A stretch of 64,000 bases of DNA from Octopus vulgaris (taxonomy: Eukaryota): assembly GCA_951406725.2 (NCBI GenBank), contig OX597830.1, positions 73,594,001-73,658,000 of the forward strand. The letters are read 5' to 3'. Under the pieces are notes generated by a model. The model saw nothing but the letters and a program-made list of their open reading frames with translations. It was not told the DNA's origin and did not search any database. Below, one piece after another: positions 43,820 through 57,913 of this stretch. Numbering within the stretch: position 1 is the stretch's first letter; every line of letters begins with the position of its first letter. A program made the position numbers and the translations under genes.

Positions 43820-44859
43820 CACACACACACACTCAAATTGCGCGCACGTGTAAATGCACATACAGACACACATAAGTACACACACACCTAAGTCAAACTT
43901 GTATATGTTCCTCAAATACAAACATAATATATTATAACATGCGTACGTCAATATTCACATATATTCACGTATAACGATGTACACGAATATGTGCATATAT
44001 ATCGGCACTTACATATGCGCACAAGCACATACATAAACACACAACCACATTTGTTATTGTTCACAGGAAGCCGAGACACAATTTCATTTTCAATCACAAG
44101 CACATACATTAATTACAGATAGAAACGTACACGCGCGCGTACACACACACACACACACACACGCACGTACACGCACACACACATTCATATGGGCATACAT
44201 AAACAGGATCCATCCATCCATCAATCCATCTATCCATGCATCCAGCCATGCATCCATCCAATGATCCATCTATCTACCCATGCATGCATAAATACATACA
44301 TGCATTCACACAACCATAAACTCATGCACACATATGTGTATATGTGTAATATATACATACACACACATATATGTATATATATATCTATATCTCTCCCTAT
44401 ATATATATGTATATATATGTATATATATGTATATATATATATATGTATATATATATATGTATGTATATATATATATGTATATATATATATGTATGTATAT
44501 ATATATGTATATATATATATTTGTATATATATATATATATGCATATATGTATACATATATATATGTATATATATATAAACAAGCTTGCATACAAACATAC
44601 ATGCATGCATACATACATACTTCCATATATAGATACAAACACAGACAAACACACTTACTTACACAAAACACACACACACTAAACATCAAACAACAAATAT
44701 ACACACAACATGTAAATTAAGTAGGACATAAAATATGACAAACATAAAGAGGAGATAACCAAATACATAAAAACATAAACGATACAGTTATTCGTGTCCG
44801 GGAGGTGTTAATTTGTGAAATTGACCCTAAAACGTTTATCATATCTATTGGTGGGTGTT

Positions 44860-45800
44860 TGCTTGGTAATGGAGGTTGGGGTGGTGTTTGAGGTGGAAGA
44901 TGTAGTGGCGTGTGGATGATGGTGGCAGTGGTGATGGTATGATGATGTTGGCGTTGGCATGGTTTTGCTAGTGGTAGTATTAGTAGTGGTAATTGCATTG
45001 TTATTGTTGTTGTTGATGGTGGTGTTTTAAGCTGTCGTGATGGTGGCGGTGGTGGTCTATATGTTTATGATGTTGTGGTTGTCGTGGTTGTAATGCTACC
45101 TTTTGATTGTGGTGGTGGTGGTTGTCTTGTGGTACTTGTAGTAATAGCATATATGCTAGCGGTTTGGTAGTAGTATTGGTGTTTGTTACATGTGCTAGTG
45201 TTTGTGTTGGCGATGGTACCTTGATGGTGTTGCTGTAGTATGGGAGGTAGTGTGTTAGCGCTGGTAGACGTACTAATAGTGGTGATAGCGGTGGCAGTAG
45301 CAACTGTAGTCACACTAATGTTGATGGTATTGCGGTGGCGGTGGTGTAGTGAAGATTGCGATGGTAGTGATGGCGGTTAGCTGTACTGGCAATAGTGGTG
45401 ATGTAGGTGCTGAAGCTGTGGTATTTGTATAGGGGTTGGTATTGTGGTAGTGGTGGTACAGTGGTATCGTGATAAAGGGGGTTGTACTGATGATGGTGTT
45501 GTTCGTGTTGTTGTTGTTATTGATAATGGTTTTAAGGTTGGTGATTGCTGTATAGGTGAAGATGTTGGTGGAAGTGGAGGCATTTATGGTGATGATGGCT
45601 TTGTTAGAGGAAAACATGCAAATGCTTTCGGTAGTGGCTATGTTGGTAATGATGCTGGTGGTGATAATGATAGTGGTAGCGGTGGTAGTGCTAATACTGG
45701 AAATGTTACTGGTAGTGGTGGTAGTATTGGTGTTTGTAATACTGATGATGTGCTGTGTTGCAGGTGCTGGTGCTGGAGTGGCGTTGGTGGTATTGTCGGG
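44860..45800. repeat. ~940-bp degenerate G/T-rich trinucleotide tract (GGT/GTT/GAT/AGT)
   Basis: Direct reading; ORFs here are compositional artefacts. Confidence 0.85.
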
Positions 45801-46262
45801 GCAATTTTCTTAATGAAACCCCCTTTATGATAGTGATTTTGCTCGGTGAATTCATTATTTAACGCCGAACTAACCTTAACATTATCACCGACACATGAAT
45901 TATTGATTTGCAATTGATCTTTAGTTATATGACATCAATCAAATTTCACAGCTTTTACTGCTTGCTCCTGTATCCTTAATATCCACCATCACCACCACCA
46001 CCACCACCACCTCATATGCTGCCACCGCCACTTATAATCCGCCTGTTTCCCGCCTACATTCCCGCTATCATTATTATTTGCATCGATTTCTGTGTCGCAT
46101 GAAAGGGGAGCTAACCCTTTTTGTTAAGAGATGTGAGGGTTCATCTAAAAGAATGGGAAAGGGAGAAAAAAATGATCAATGGAGAAGAGAAAGAGAGGAA
46201 ATGATATAGAGAAGTGAACATTCATACAGGGGGAATGAGAGGCAGGGAAAAACACAGAGAGA

Positions 46263-46300
<38 letters not shown>

Positions 46301-46492
46301 TAGTAAGAAAAGGAGAACGGGAAAGAGAGAGAGAAAGAGCGACATCTTCGAACGTAAATCATATTTAGCTAAAAGCTATGTACAACATATATTGAGCTGT
46401 CTCAATAAGTTTATTGACGCGTAGATGGCGTTGATGGTATCGACCAACCTCCACCTAGCAAAATTGCTGGCCTTGTATCAGAATCAGGAACA

Positions 46493-46527
<35 letters not shown>

Positions 46528-46535
46528 TATTATTA

Positions 46536-46602
<67 letters not shown>

Positions 46603-46670
46603 CATTGTTATTATTATTATCATTGTTATTATTATCATTGTTATTATTATTATCATTGTTATTATTATCA

Positions 46671-46756
<86 letters not shown>

Positions 46757-46997
46757 TGTATTCGTTATTGGTGTTAATGGCCCTTTATTGTTTTGTTGAT
46801 CTTACCCAATTACTCGATGTAAACCCTTCACTGTTTCCTGTTTTACTATTTTTTTTTCCTGTTTTCGTTTTATTTTCGTTTTTTTTTTTTTTCCTTTTCT
46901 ATTTCACCTCCTAATGTCCCCGGTCTCTTGGCTATTTGTTACCAATTAAAGAACCCATCATCATCGGCAGCAGCGTTACCAATATCATCATTATAAC

Positions 46998-47081
<84 letters not shown>

Positions 47082-47107
47082 TCTTCTTCTTCTTCTTCTT
47101 CTTCTTC

Positions 47108-47169
<62 letters not shown>

Positions 47170-47591
47170 GATGTTGTTGTTTATAACTCGGGTTTTGTTG
47201 GAACTCTTGGAGTTTTGCATGCGTAGCGGGTTTGCAACCTGCAACCTACGGTGTCACGCTATCTGTTCTTTTAAACTAATACTTTCTTGATTATTGTGGT
47301 CGTGCCAAGGAGGCAAATGTTTTGTAACAGCTCTACATCTTCACCTTCTTCATTTTCTATAGACAGACTCTTTCTTACTCAAGAAGACTGTATATATATC
47401 GATCTACTCACTTTCTTTCTTGACTAACCGTGGGTCAAAGGAGCACACAAGATCAATTATATAGCACATGTGGTACACCTTAACCACCACTACTAGGTCC
47501 GGTCTGTTATGCTTTAATCATCATCATCATCATCATCATCATATCATCATCGTCATCACCATCATCCTCATCATCATCATCATCATCATCA

Positions 47592-47622
<31 letters not shown>

Positions 47623-48168
47623 GAGTGAGAGAGCAGTGCATGCCATCAAAGTGACACTGGGATAAAATATACGAAGCCCAGTATACCCCTCATGATTACC
47701 CATCTGATAAGGGTACACTACGAACATGCATCACAACCATATGTGCGTGACATGGTGATCTCATATCAAGATAAGCAGCGCATGACTTTGCAGGTGGGGC
47801 CCAGTTAAAATTTTCTTCAGGTCGAGTAACCCATCCCGCTCAAAATGTCCCTGAATAAGGATTGTTTAAGGATGTTGAACTAACCACCCATTATGTTTCC
47901 AAAGGTGAATTATCAAAAACTCCAAGAATCCCTCTCAACACACGGCTATGATGCTCCCCCACTACTTCTGCTCGTAGCCATAGATGCACATATCGTCAGA
48001 CATGGTCAACTGGTTAAGGTCAAACAACTGACAAGCAAATCTGTGGTATTGAGCAGAATATTTGCTGTAGCCCATCTTTTATATCAAGACAAAACAATGT
48101 ACATGATAACGCTTCCAAACAGTTAAGATCAGAAGCCACGAGAGCACCTGTCTAGTACTGCATCAGGG

Positions 48169-48170
<2 letters not shown>
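47623..48170. mobile_element. ~550-bp non-coding element in (TTA)n, copy 1
   Basis: Highly similar to 48233-48752; flanked on both sides by (TTA)n. Confidence 0.85.
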
Positions 48171-48232
<62 letters not shown>

Positions 48233-48233
<1 letters not shown>

Positions 48234-48752
48234 GTGAGCGAGCAGAGCATGCCATCAAAGTGACACTGGGGTAAAATATACGAAGCCCAGTATACCCATC
48301 ATGACTACCCGTCTGATAAGGGTACACCAGGCACATGCATCACAACCATATGTGCGCGACATGGTGATCTCATATCAAGATAAACAGCACATGACCTTGC
48401 AGGTGGAGCCCAGTTAGAATTTTCTTCAGATCGAGTAACCCATCCCGCTCAAAAGGTCCCTGAATAAGGGTTGTTTAAGGACGTTGAACGAAACACCCAT
48501 GTTTCCAGAGGTGAATTATTCAAGCCCCAAAGAATCCTTCTGCTCGTGATCAGAGATGCACATATCGTCAGCCACTAAGGGACATGCTCAACTGGTTAAG
48601 GTCAAACAACTGACAAGCAAATCTGTGGTATTGAGCAGAATATTTGCTGTAGCCCATCTTTTATACCAAGACAAAACAATGTACATGATAACACTTCCAA
48701 TCAGTTAAGATTAGAAGCCATGAGAGCCACTGCCTGGTACTGCATCACGGCA
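48233..48752. mobile_element. ~520-bp non-coding element in (TTA)n, copy 2 (diverged fragment also at 53305-53466)
   Basis: Same orientation and ends as copy 1, different internal deletions. Confidence 0.85.
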
Positions 48753-48768
48753 TTTATTATTATTATTA

Positions 48769-48862
<94 letters not shown>

Positions 48863-49180
48863 CATTATTATTATTATTATTGGGTGTGAATCCAGCGCAT
48901 GCTATCAATATATATATATATATACCAAGGGCACACTTATACTTTGTAAAATATTCCTGTCAAGTCTGTATTCATTGAGAGTAAGCAGATTGAAAGCAAT
49001 ATGGTGGTGCTATTTCCAAAAGTTATAATATAGATATAGATACATAACATATATATATATATATATACATATATAACACACAAACACACATATATATTAA
49101 AACATATATAAATGACATATATAACATATATATATTAAACATATATATATAGATATATATAGATAGATAGATAGATAGAT

Positions 49181-49251
<71 letters not shown>

Positions 49252-49395
49252 TAGATAGATAGATAGATAGATATATACATACATACATATCACACACACA
49301 TATATACATATAAAGAAACATTCGCACATATGTGCATATGATGTGTATATATTTGCCCACTTACCTATCATATATATATATACAGGTATGTATTT

Positions 49396-49450
<55 letters not shown>

Positions 49451-49493
49451 TGAATATATACATGCAAGCTTTCATACAGACATGCATACAACC

Positions 49494-49527
<34 letters not shown>

Positions 49528-50065
49528 TACATATACTGACATGCTACATACATAAATGCAGTATTAGTTCCAGTTGGGATTTTTTTCTATAAAAATTTCA
49601 CGTTTCGTTGGTTCCTGCAAGCAGTTTCCGAAAAGTGAAGAAATCTAAAGAAATGTCCAGTTGGAGAATGGAATCTACGAGAGTTTCTGACTTTTAATGT
49701 GTTGTCACGACTTGAATAATTTCACGTCTTTGTTGTTGTTGTTGTTGCTGTTGCTGTTGCTGTTGTCATTTGCTGTCATTTTATCGTTTTTGTTCTCGTT
49801 GTATAGTTTATGGTTGAGGTCAGGGTTTGTGGTTAGTAAAGTTCTCCTAGGAGCTCAGTTCCTTTTTACTTTAAAAATGTTTAGAGGCATTTAGAGGAAT
49901 GTGCAATGAATTTTAGTGGATCTGTGTATTTATATGTTATTATGTGCCTCTACCTGGATATATGTATGTGTATGTGTGTATGTGGTCGTGTGAATGTATA
50001 TACGTATATATATATATATTAATGTATGTGTGTTTGTATTTATGCATATATACATAAATGTATGC

Positions 50066-50132
<67 letters not shown>

Positions 50133-50266
50133 TATATACATATATATATATATGCATGTATGTATCTATTTCTCTCTCTCTCTCTCTCTCTCTCCATCTA
50201 TTTAACTGTATACATATATATACATAATACATATATATATATACAAGCTCACACGCTCTCTCACAC

Positions 50267-50325
<59 letters not shown>

Positions 50326-50702
50326 CAAGCTCACACACTCTCTCACACACTAGCACACACACACACACACACATGTATGTACATAAATTTTTAGCGTGCA
50401 GTGTGAATCTGAATGAGCAGATAGCGTGGCAGAATGAGACCGATTGAAGAAATAGATAAATGCGCTTAGAAAAAAGACTTAAGGAAAGGATAAATAGGAC
50501 ACTTTTTTTTAAAGAAAGAGACAAAGTCAAATTAAGAGAGAGAGAGAGAGAGAGAAAGAGAGAGGTGGAGGGAGAGTGAGAGAGACAGAGAGAGAGGAGG
50601 GAGAGTGGGAGAGACAGAGAGAGAGAGAGGGAAACAGAGAGAGGGAAACAGAGAGAGGCAAAGTAATAAGAAAGAGACACTGCCTAATAAAAATAGAGAT
50701 AT

Positions 50703-50855
50703 AGGTGAAGGCATATCTCTGTAGTTAAGAAGCAGGCTTCTAGTTTTGGTTTCAGTCCCAGAGTGGTGCACCTTGTGCGAGTGTCCTCTACCACAGCCTC
50801 GGCTTGACCAGTGCCTTGTCAGTGAATATGGTAGTCGGAAATTGTGCGGAAGCTC
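50703..50855 (+). mobile_element. Degenerate SINE-B 5' half
   Basis: tttcagtccca...gcaccttgtgcgagtgtcctcta. Confidence 0.65.
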
Positions 50856-50869
50856 ATCGTATTGCTTGA

Positions 50870-51650
50870 CCTTGCCGAACAAGTGCTGTTGTGCTGCTGT
50901 GCATTGCAGCGACCCAGCTTCTGTAAACAGGCCCGAAACCATCTGCTTTCAAGACGGTTTGCAAGCAACGACATTCGAACCTATCGAATGCTTTGGATTG
51001 ATCCAAATTGATCAGAGCACCCCGGAAGCCAGCTTTGGTCCCAACACTCCCTATGATGTATCGTACAAGGTGGAGGTTGTCGTGGATAAACCTGTTTGGG
51101 ATTGCGCACGTTTGCGCTTCCTCGATTAGGCTACCGAAGAGAAGATGCAACAGTTTCGCTAACACCTTGGCCAAAATCTTAAACTCTATATTTGACAGAG
51201 TTATGTGCCGAAAGTTCCCTTGTACGTTCCCATTGACGGTATTCTTCCTCAGCAGTGTACCATACAGCGGCTAACAACACTAGAAATTCTTCCGTTCTGT
51301 TGCCATTTGGGGTAGACTTCTGCCAAACGGTCGCCAAACAAATCTGGCATGAATACATATAACTCATCGAGCAGACCATTCACACCGGGTGATTTACGAC
51401 TTGTGCAATCGCCTATCGCCTCCCGAATTTCAGTGCTGTTATCGGCTTTTCACATAACCTCGTATCGGCTGCTGAGAGCCGCGGTACGAACCAACGTCCA
51501 CTACCACCGTCGAGCCAGTATCCTCCTCAAAACAGCCACGCAATGTGCTGCTGGAAACCTGGAAAAGTGCTGCTCGGAGCCGAGTAGCACGCACCCGTCC
51601 TGATCTGTGAAAGACATGATTGTGGTTTTGTTTCCTCGTGGCGTTTCCAC
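50870..51650 (-). pseudogene. Tx1/L1-clade LINE ORF2 reverse transcriptase fragment (frameshifted)
   Basis: Motifs KSPGVNGL.DELY, FRHITLSNIEFKILAKVLA, QTCAIPNRFIHDNL, LINLDQSKAFDR, GFGP..RSWV. Confidence 0.9.
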
Positions 51651-52001
51651 CGTTCGGGTCCAGAAGAGAAGGAATAAGAAAGTATATACATATTTAAATG
51701 TATGTGCACACACATTCAAATGTATGCATGAATGTATGTGCAGCTAGAAAGGAAAAGAAAAACAGAAAAGAAAAAGGGAGCAGATGAGAGAAAGAACTAG
51801 AGAAAAAAGATAGGAAACAGATAGAGTTAGATAAGCAGATAAGAGTAGAATGAAATGTCTCGGGAAACATAAAGACGACGAGTGAAGTGAGATGGATGAC
51901 GGGTTACAGGTAGTAAATGTTCACTCAGAGAGAAAGACAGCCGGATAGACTTACAGATGTGTAAGACACATCGGCAAAGTTTAACGTATTGATGCAGGGA
52001 A

Positions 52002-52038
<37 letters not shown>

Positions 52039-52041
<3 letters not shown>

Positions 52042-52465
52042 TCTTTTACTCTTTTACTCTTTTACTCTTTTACTTGTTTCATCATTTGACTGCAGCCATG
52101 CTGGAGCACCGCCTCTAATCGAGCAACTCGACCCCGGGACTTATTCTTTTGTAAGCCCAGTACTTATTCTATCGGTCTCTTTTGCCGAACCGCTAAGTAA
52201 CGGGGACATAAACACACCAGCATCGGTTGTCAAGCAATGCTAGGGGGACAAACACACTCACACAAACACACACACGCATACATATATATATACATACATA
52301 TATACGACGGGCTTTTTTCAGTTTCCGTCTACCAAATCCACTCACAAGGCTTTGGTCGGCCCGAGGCTATAGTAGAAGACACTTGCCCAAGGTGCCACGC
52401 AGTGGGACTGAACCCGGAACCATGTGGCTGGTAAACAAGCTACTTACCACCCAGCCACTCCTGCG

Positions 52466-52468
<3 letters not shown>
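52039..52468 (-). mobile_element. Full-length SINE-B
   Basis: Homology to 24616-25029. Confidence 0.92.
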
Positions 52469-52522
<54 letters not shown>

Positions 52523-52840
52523 GTTGTGCATATTTGTATGTGTATGTATGTCTCTATACATATATACTTTTGCGTCAGTGTGTGCATGCGTGTTTAAGTA
52601 CGTGTATGTGAATCTGTGACTTCTGACAAACCATCGAATTTCATGCTAATTGTGTCCTCTCTCTCAATATTTAAACCATTAATCTCATTCCATTAATCTT
52701 GTTTGGAAATTTTTTCCTTTTATTTACTAGTATATTAATTCTGTGATTCCCAATGTTGTGATTATGCAAGTTGCGCGATTTTCTCAGTTCCATTGAATTT
52801 GCTTGATTTAAAAGGAAACGCTGCTATTTAGTTTGATATA

Positions 52841-53060
52841 GTGAAAACGCATGGCCCAGAGGTTAGGATGTTGCATTCAGGATAGCGGTTTCGGTTCCCG
52901 CTCCGTTTGGTGCGTTGTGTTTTTCAGGAAAGCATTTCATATCCCGTTGGTCCAATCCACCCAACTGTAAATGAATAACGTTGCAACGGACAAGCGTCCC
53001 GTTCAGTTGGTAATGTTGTAACCTCGCCCATTTATACGCCATGGAAACCAAATAACCCGT
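52841..53060 (+). mobile_element. Old tRNA-derived SINE (C-like head, CORE-like body)
   Basis: gcatggcccagaggttagg head; cgtcccgttcag...acgccatggaaacc resembles the 39770 copy's 3' part. Confidence 0.55.
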
Positions 53061-54128
53061 CCAAAATAATACGCAGGGGCTGATGATGATGGTACCTTGG
53101 TTATAAGTTCGAATTCCACCGGGATTAACTTTGTGTTTCATCCGGCCACAGATGCTAAAATTGGTACAGACTAAACACTAAGATTAATAACACTGTGTAA
53201 CACGATTTTAGTCCTTGGGTTGTAACTGTTATTTTCTATTTGATTACCCCTAGAATATATGAAAAAGGGCTAATATTTCCTTTAAATTGGCTTTTGTTAC
53301 ATTTATTCAAACCTCCAAAGAAACCCTTGCAAAACATGGCTATTATACTCCCTTACTATTCCTGCTCTTGATTAGAGATACACATACTGTCTTCCACTAA
53401 GGGACATGGTCAACTGGTTAAGGTCAAGCAACTGACAAGCAAATCTGTTGTGCTGAGCAGAATATTGGATTTAATGGTATTTCCGCTTCAGCAGTTCAGT
53501 GCTGAATCTGTCTGAAATGTAACGGAAAAATAGACCAGTTCCAAAATATTGATGTCCAAGCCACAAAAGCAAAGTCTGAAGAGAATAGTAGTCACCTCCT
53601 TTGATTTCTAGATAGAAGCAAATAGGAAATAAAACTTACTGTCCAAAGACAAAACAAATAAATAAATAAGAAAGAAATAAGAATTAAAAAATGAAAACGT
53701 TGTTTCACATTGTAATACAGATGCCAAGATTCGACAAGAAACATATGGTATTTTGCTGAATGTGAAAATCCAAAAACAATTTAAAGAGCAAAAGAATATC
53801 ATTTAAGCCAATAAAAGAGTTTGTGGCATTCTAAAAAGACTGATCTGCTGACAATATTCATATGTTTTTTCAGCATTTTTAGCTTCGATGAACAGAAGTA
53901 TATATATATATTTCTTACTGGTATCAATATAATCAGCAACATCTCGACACACACATTTAAAGTGCTGTGCCTGTATCCGAAATCTTTATCATATATCGTA
54001 AGTATGGAAACAAAAATTTTGTTATATCTATGGAAAAACATAAACAAACTTTTTTTATTTTCGGATATTTCATGCTTTGGATAGTTTCTTATGATGTCTA
54101 GTGTCTAGTATCGTTAATATGTGTGTGC

Positions 54129-54202
<74 letters not shown>

Positions 54203-54345
54203 CGTGTATATATATATACGCACACACTTATATCTATCTATCTATCACTCTCTCTATATATATGCATATGCAGCGCGTATATAAGTGAATGTACGTGTGT
54301 GTGTGTAAGTGTGGGTAAGTGTGTGCACGTCCGTGCGCGTGTGTG

Positions 54346-55131
54346 CAGGGTGTTCGGGCTAAATTTGATACCTTGCATGAACAGAAAAGAAAATACAATA
54401 TCAAATTTTAAAATAAACTCATTTAATATATATATATATAATATCTAGATTATGGTTGAGAGATGACGTTTATTCAAACTATCCGCCCTCAGCTTCCACC
54501 ACAGCCTCAATATAGCTCCGGAACCTGACGCATGTATCCTTGGGAAGATCCTCGAACAACACCTTCATCTTGGCCATCTTGGGGACATTAGGAAACCAGA
54601 AATTGGGGTTGGTGAAATCGCAGAAGCTCTCCGACAAGAACTTCCGCCAAATCCTGCTTCCACACATATGACCTTCCACTAGTAACTCTCTATAGTAAGG
54701 TTTTCAGCACAATCTCCTGAAGCTTCACATAGCCGTCTGAATTCTGTCTAAGGTCCTGTTCAAAGTTGTGGAGCGGTATGACGTCAGCCTTACTAGAGAC
54801 ACATCCCAAATCCATCAGAGTTCCTGCTGGCCACGGTTTCGTATCTTCCGTTGCAGTTGTCCATATCATATCTTATAGCCTATGCACAATTCAAACCATT
54901 GAGCAGTTGTTATGAAATCGGCACTTTGACACCCGACTTGAATCATCATGGAACAGGTAACTCTTTTCCAATTTCTAGATGGATTCCAGTCGTCTATATC
55001 TGCCAAGCTATTTCACAGCTATAAGCCAAATCTTTATGCTCCTCAACTCCGCTGATTGTTTATTAATACATCAAGCTGTTACTGAAAAAAAAGAGCTATA
55101 AATAAATCGTCAAATTTTGCCCGATTATCTT
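54346..55131 (-). pseudogene. Internally deleted Tc1/mariner-superfamily transposon
   Basis: Degenerate TIRs (tcgggctaaatttga / tcaaattttgcccga); peptides GCVSSKADVIPLHNF, GRSYVWKQD, NFWFPN, RFRSYIEAVVEAEGG. Confidence 0.85.
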
Positions 55132-55184
55132 ATATGTACGTGTTTGTGTATATGTATGTAAGTATGTGCGTGCGTTTGTGTATA

Positions 55185-55238
<54 letters not shown>

Positions 55239-55321
55239 CATATATATACACAAAAGCACGCACACTCATGCATACATATACACAGACACAAACATATAAG
55301 ATAATCGGGCAAAATTTGACG

Positions 55322-55332
<11 letters not shown>
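55097..55332. repeat. Fold-back palindrome centred on (TA)n; perfect 41-bp outer arms
   Basis: 55097-55137 is the exact reverse complement of 55292-55332; inner arms diverged. Confidence 0.92.
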
Positions 55333-55396
<64 letters not shown>

Positions 55397-55571
55397 TATA
55401 CACACATGCGTGAGGTGAGAAAAAATAAAGTGAAACTCAACACATTTGTCAGGAGCTATTTATGCATTTTAATAAAGATATGGAGCCAAGTCAAACCGTT
55501 ATTACGTACATAAATTCACACATACATACATACATACATACATACATACATACATACATACATACATGTAT

Positions 55572-56009
55572 AGGCGTAGGAGTGGCTTTGTGGTAGGTAG
55601 CTTGGTTACCAACCACAGGGTTCCGGGTTCAGTCCCACTGCCTGGCACCTTGGGCAAGTGTCTTCTACTATAGCCTCAGGCCGACCAAAGCCATGTGAGT
55701 GAATTTGGTAGATGGAAACTGAAAGAAGCCCGTCGTGTTTATGTGTATATATATATATATATGTGTGTGTGTGTTTCTGTGTGTATACGTTTGTATGTCT
55801 GTGTTTCCCCCACCCCCAACCAGCATCGCTTGACAACCGATAACGGTATGTTTACGTCCCAGTAACTTAGCGGTTTGACAAAAGTGACCGATAGAATAAG
55901 TACTAGGCGTACAAAAAATAAACCTGGGTCGATTTGCTCGACTAAAGGCGGTGCTCCAGCATGGCCACAGTCAAAATGACGAAAACAATTAAAAGAGTAA
56001 AAGAGAGTA
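55572..56009 (+). mobile_element. Full-length SINE-B
   Basis: Homology to 24616-25029. Confidence 0.9.
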
Positions 56010-56024
56010 TGCATACGTATACGA

Positions 56025-56064
<40 letters not shown>

Positions 56065-56207
56065 GTAGTGAAAGAGTGTAGATAGATAGATACACAAATG
56101 ATACACACACCATTCTCTGTACGCGCATTCTCGTGGGTTGTGCGTGTTAAGTGTGGAACAATATCTTAAGAATTAATCTTATACAAACGGGTACATACGC
56201 ACATTTA

Positions 56208-56492
56208 CGTGACCGACCAGGCTATCAGATGTTGCTACGCATCACTGGTCACAATGCGCTTCGCATTAGCCTTCAAATGACGCCACCCCGCTGGCTAAGC
56301 GAGCAAGTCAACAGAAGAAAGAGTGAGAGTAAGTTGTGGCGAAAGAATACAGCAGGGATGACCACCACCCCCTGCCTCGTGGAGCTTTTAGGTGTTTTCG
56401 CTCAATAAACACTCACAACGCCCGGTCTGGGAATCGAAACTGCGATCCTACTACCGCGAGTCCGCTGCCCTAACCACTGGGCCATTGCGCCT

Positions 56493-56495
<3 letters not shown>
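56208..56495 (-). mobile_element. SINE-C
   Basis: tggaggcgcaatggcccagtggttagggcagcggactcgcgg head; second copy at 61233-61514. Confidence 0.88.
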
Positions 56496-56536
<41 letters not shown>

Positions 56537-56969
56537 GTATGTATATATATATAGACATAGGTACACACATACACATACACATCACTCATATATTTACATC
56601 GCGATGTGTGTTTATCTGAAAATACTGATTGTCTCTGAGTGCGAAGAAATAGCATCGTAAAATGTGTAAACTGTTGAGGACTTTCTCATATACAATAGTT
56701 GTGCGTGGAATAAACTGTGGAAGATTAGTAGAAGAATTTATAGCTTTGCACTCTGTTATGTATGTTGGATTCTATTGTTTAATTAACTTACTTAATTAAT
56801 GATCTATTGCGTTTGGTGACTTAGTGGTGGTGGTGGTGGAGGTGGTGGTGGTGGTGGTGGTGGAAGGGGAGATACCTTCGGTGGTTTATCTGCTTGTCAG
56901 ACCATTTTAAAACATCGGAACTTGTACGAAGCCACGTATGGCGATGAATGCGCTTGTGAATGTAGGAAT

Positions 56970-57034
<65 letters not shown>

Positions 57035-57484
57035 TGTGTGTGTGTGTGTGCACGTGTGTATGTGAGCGTGTCCATGTATGAGTGTGGGTTTGTGTTTGAG
57101 TAAACAAATGACAGAAACGAAACACTTAATACAGAAATAAAGTGTAAACATTTATTATAAGGCTGAGATTACGCTTTGTTACACGAGAAACGGAGAGAAT
57201 AGAAAAAGAAAGAAAGCAAGAAAGAAAGAATGAAAGAAGGAAAGAAGGAAATAAAGAAGGTGAGTGTTGAGAAAGGGGCAAGGAGAGAGAAAGAGAGAAA
57301 GAGAGAAGCACATCATAGATATCTGTGTTTATGTTTGTATGTATGCGTGTATTTACGTAAATTCGTGTATGTAAATCTATATTCGTGGATAAATATTTAT
57401 GAAAGAGATTGGCGCATATATGCAAAGGTATGCAAACCCACATAAATATAAACATCCCCTCATACACATGTAGATGTGTGTGTT

Positions 57485-57516
<32 letters not shown>

Positions 57517-57625
57517 TGTATGTATGTATGTATGTATGTATGTATATGTATGTATATATATATACACATACACATATATATACATATATGCACGTGTGTG
57601 TCTTAGTGTGTATACTTATGTGTGT

Positions 57626-57671
<46 letters not shown>

Positions 57672-57911
57672 CTTTCAATAATTAGACTCCGACCATGCTG
57701 AGAAACCGCCTTGAAGAATGTTTATCGACCGCATCGACCCTTGTACTTTTTTTTTTAATCCTGGTACTTATTCTCTCGGTCTGTTTTGCTGAAGCGCTAT
57801 GTTACGGGAACGTAGACGCACAAACACTGGTTATCAAGTAATGGTAGTGGACAAATACAGACACAAGAAAACAGAGAAATATGGATATATATAATAAGAT
57901 AGGCTTCTTTC
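57672..57911 (-). mobile_element. Degenerate SINE-B 3' half, truncated where the 359-bp repeat begins
   Basis: gaccatgctg...accgccttgaag; ends aggcttctttc. Confidence 0.65.
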
Positions 57912-57913
57912 GG

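Noticed and set aside
45444-45830. Gly/Asp/Val-rich ORF as a structural protein
   Set aside because: Part of a degenerate GGT tract; all frames are similarly low-complexity
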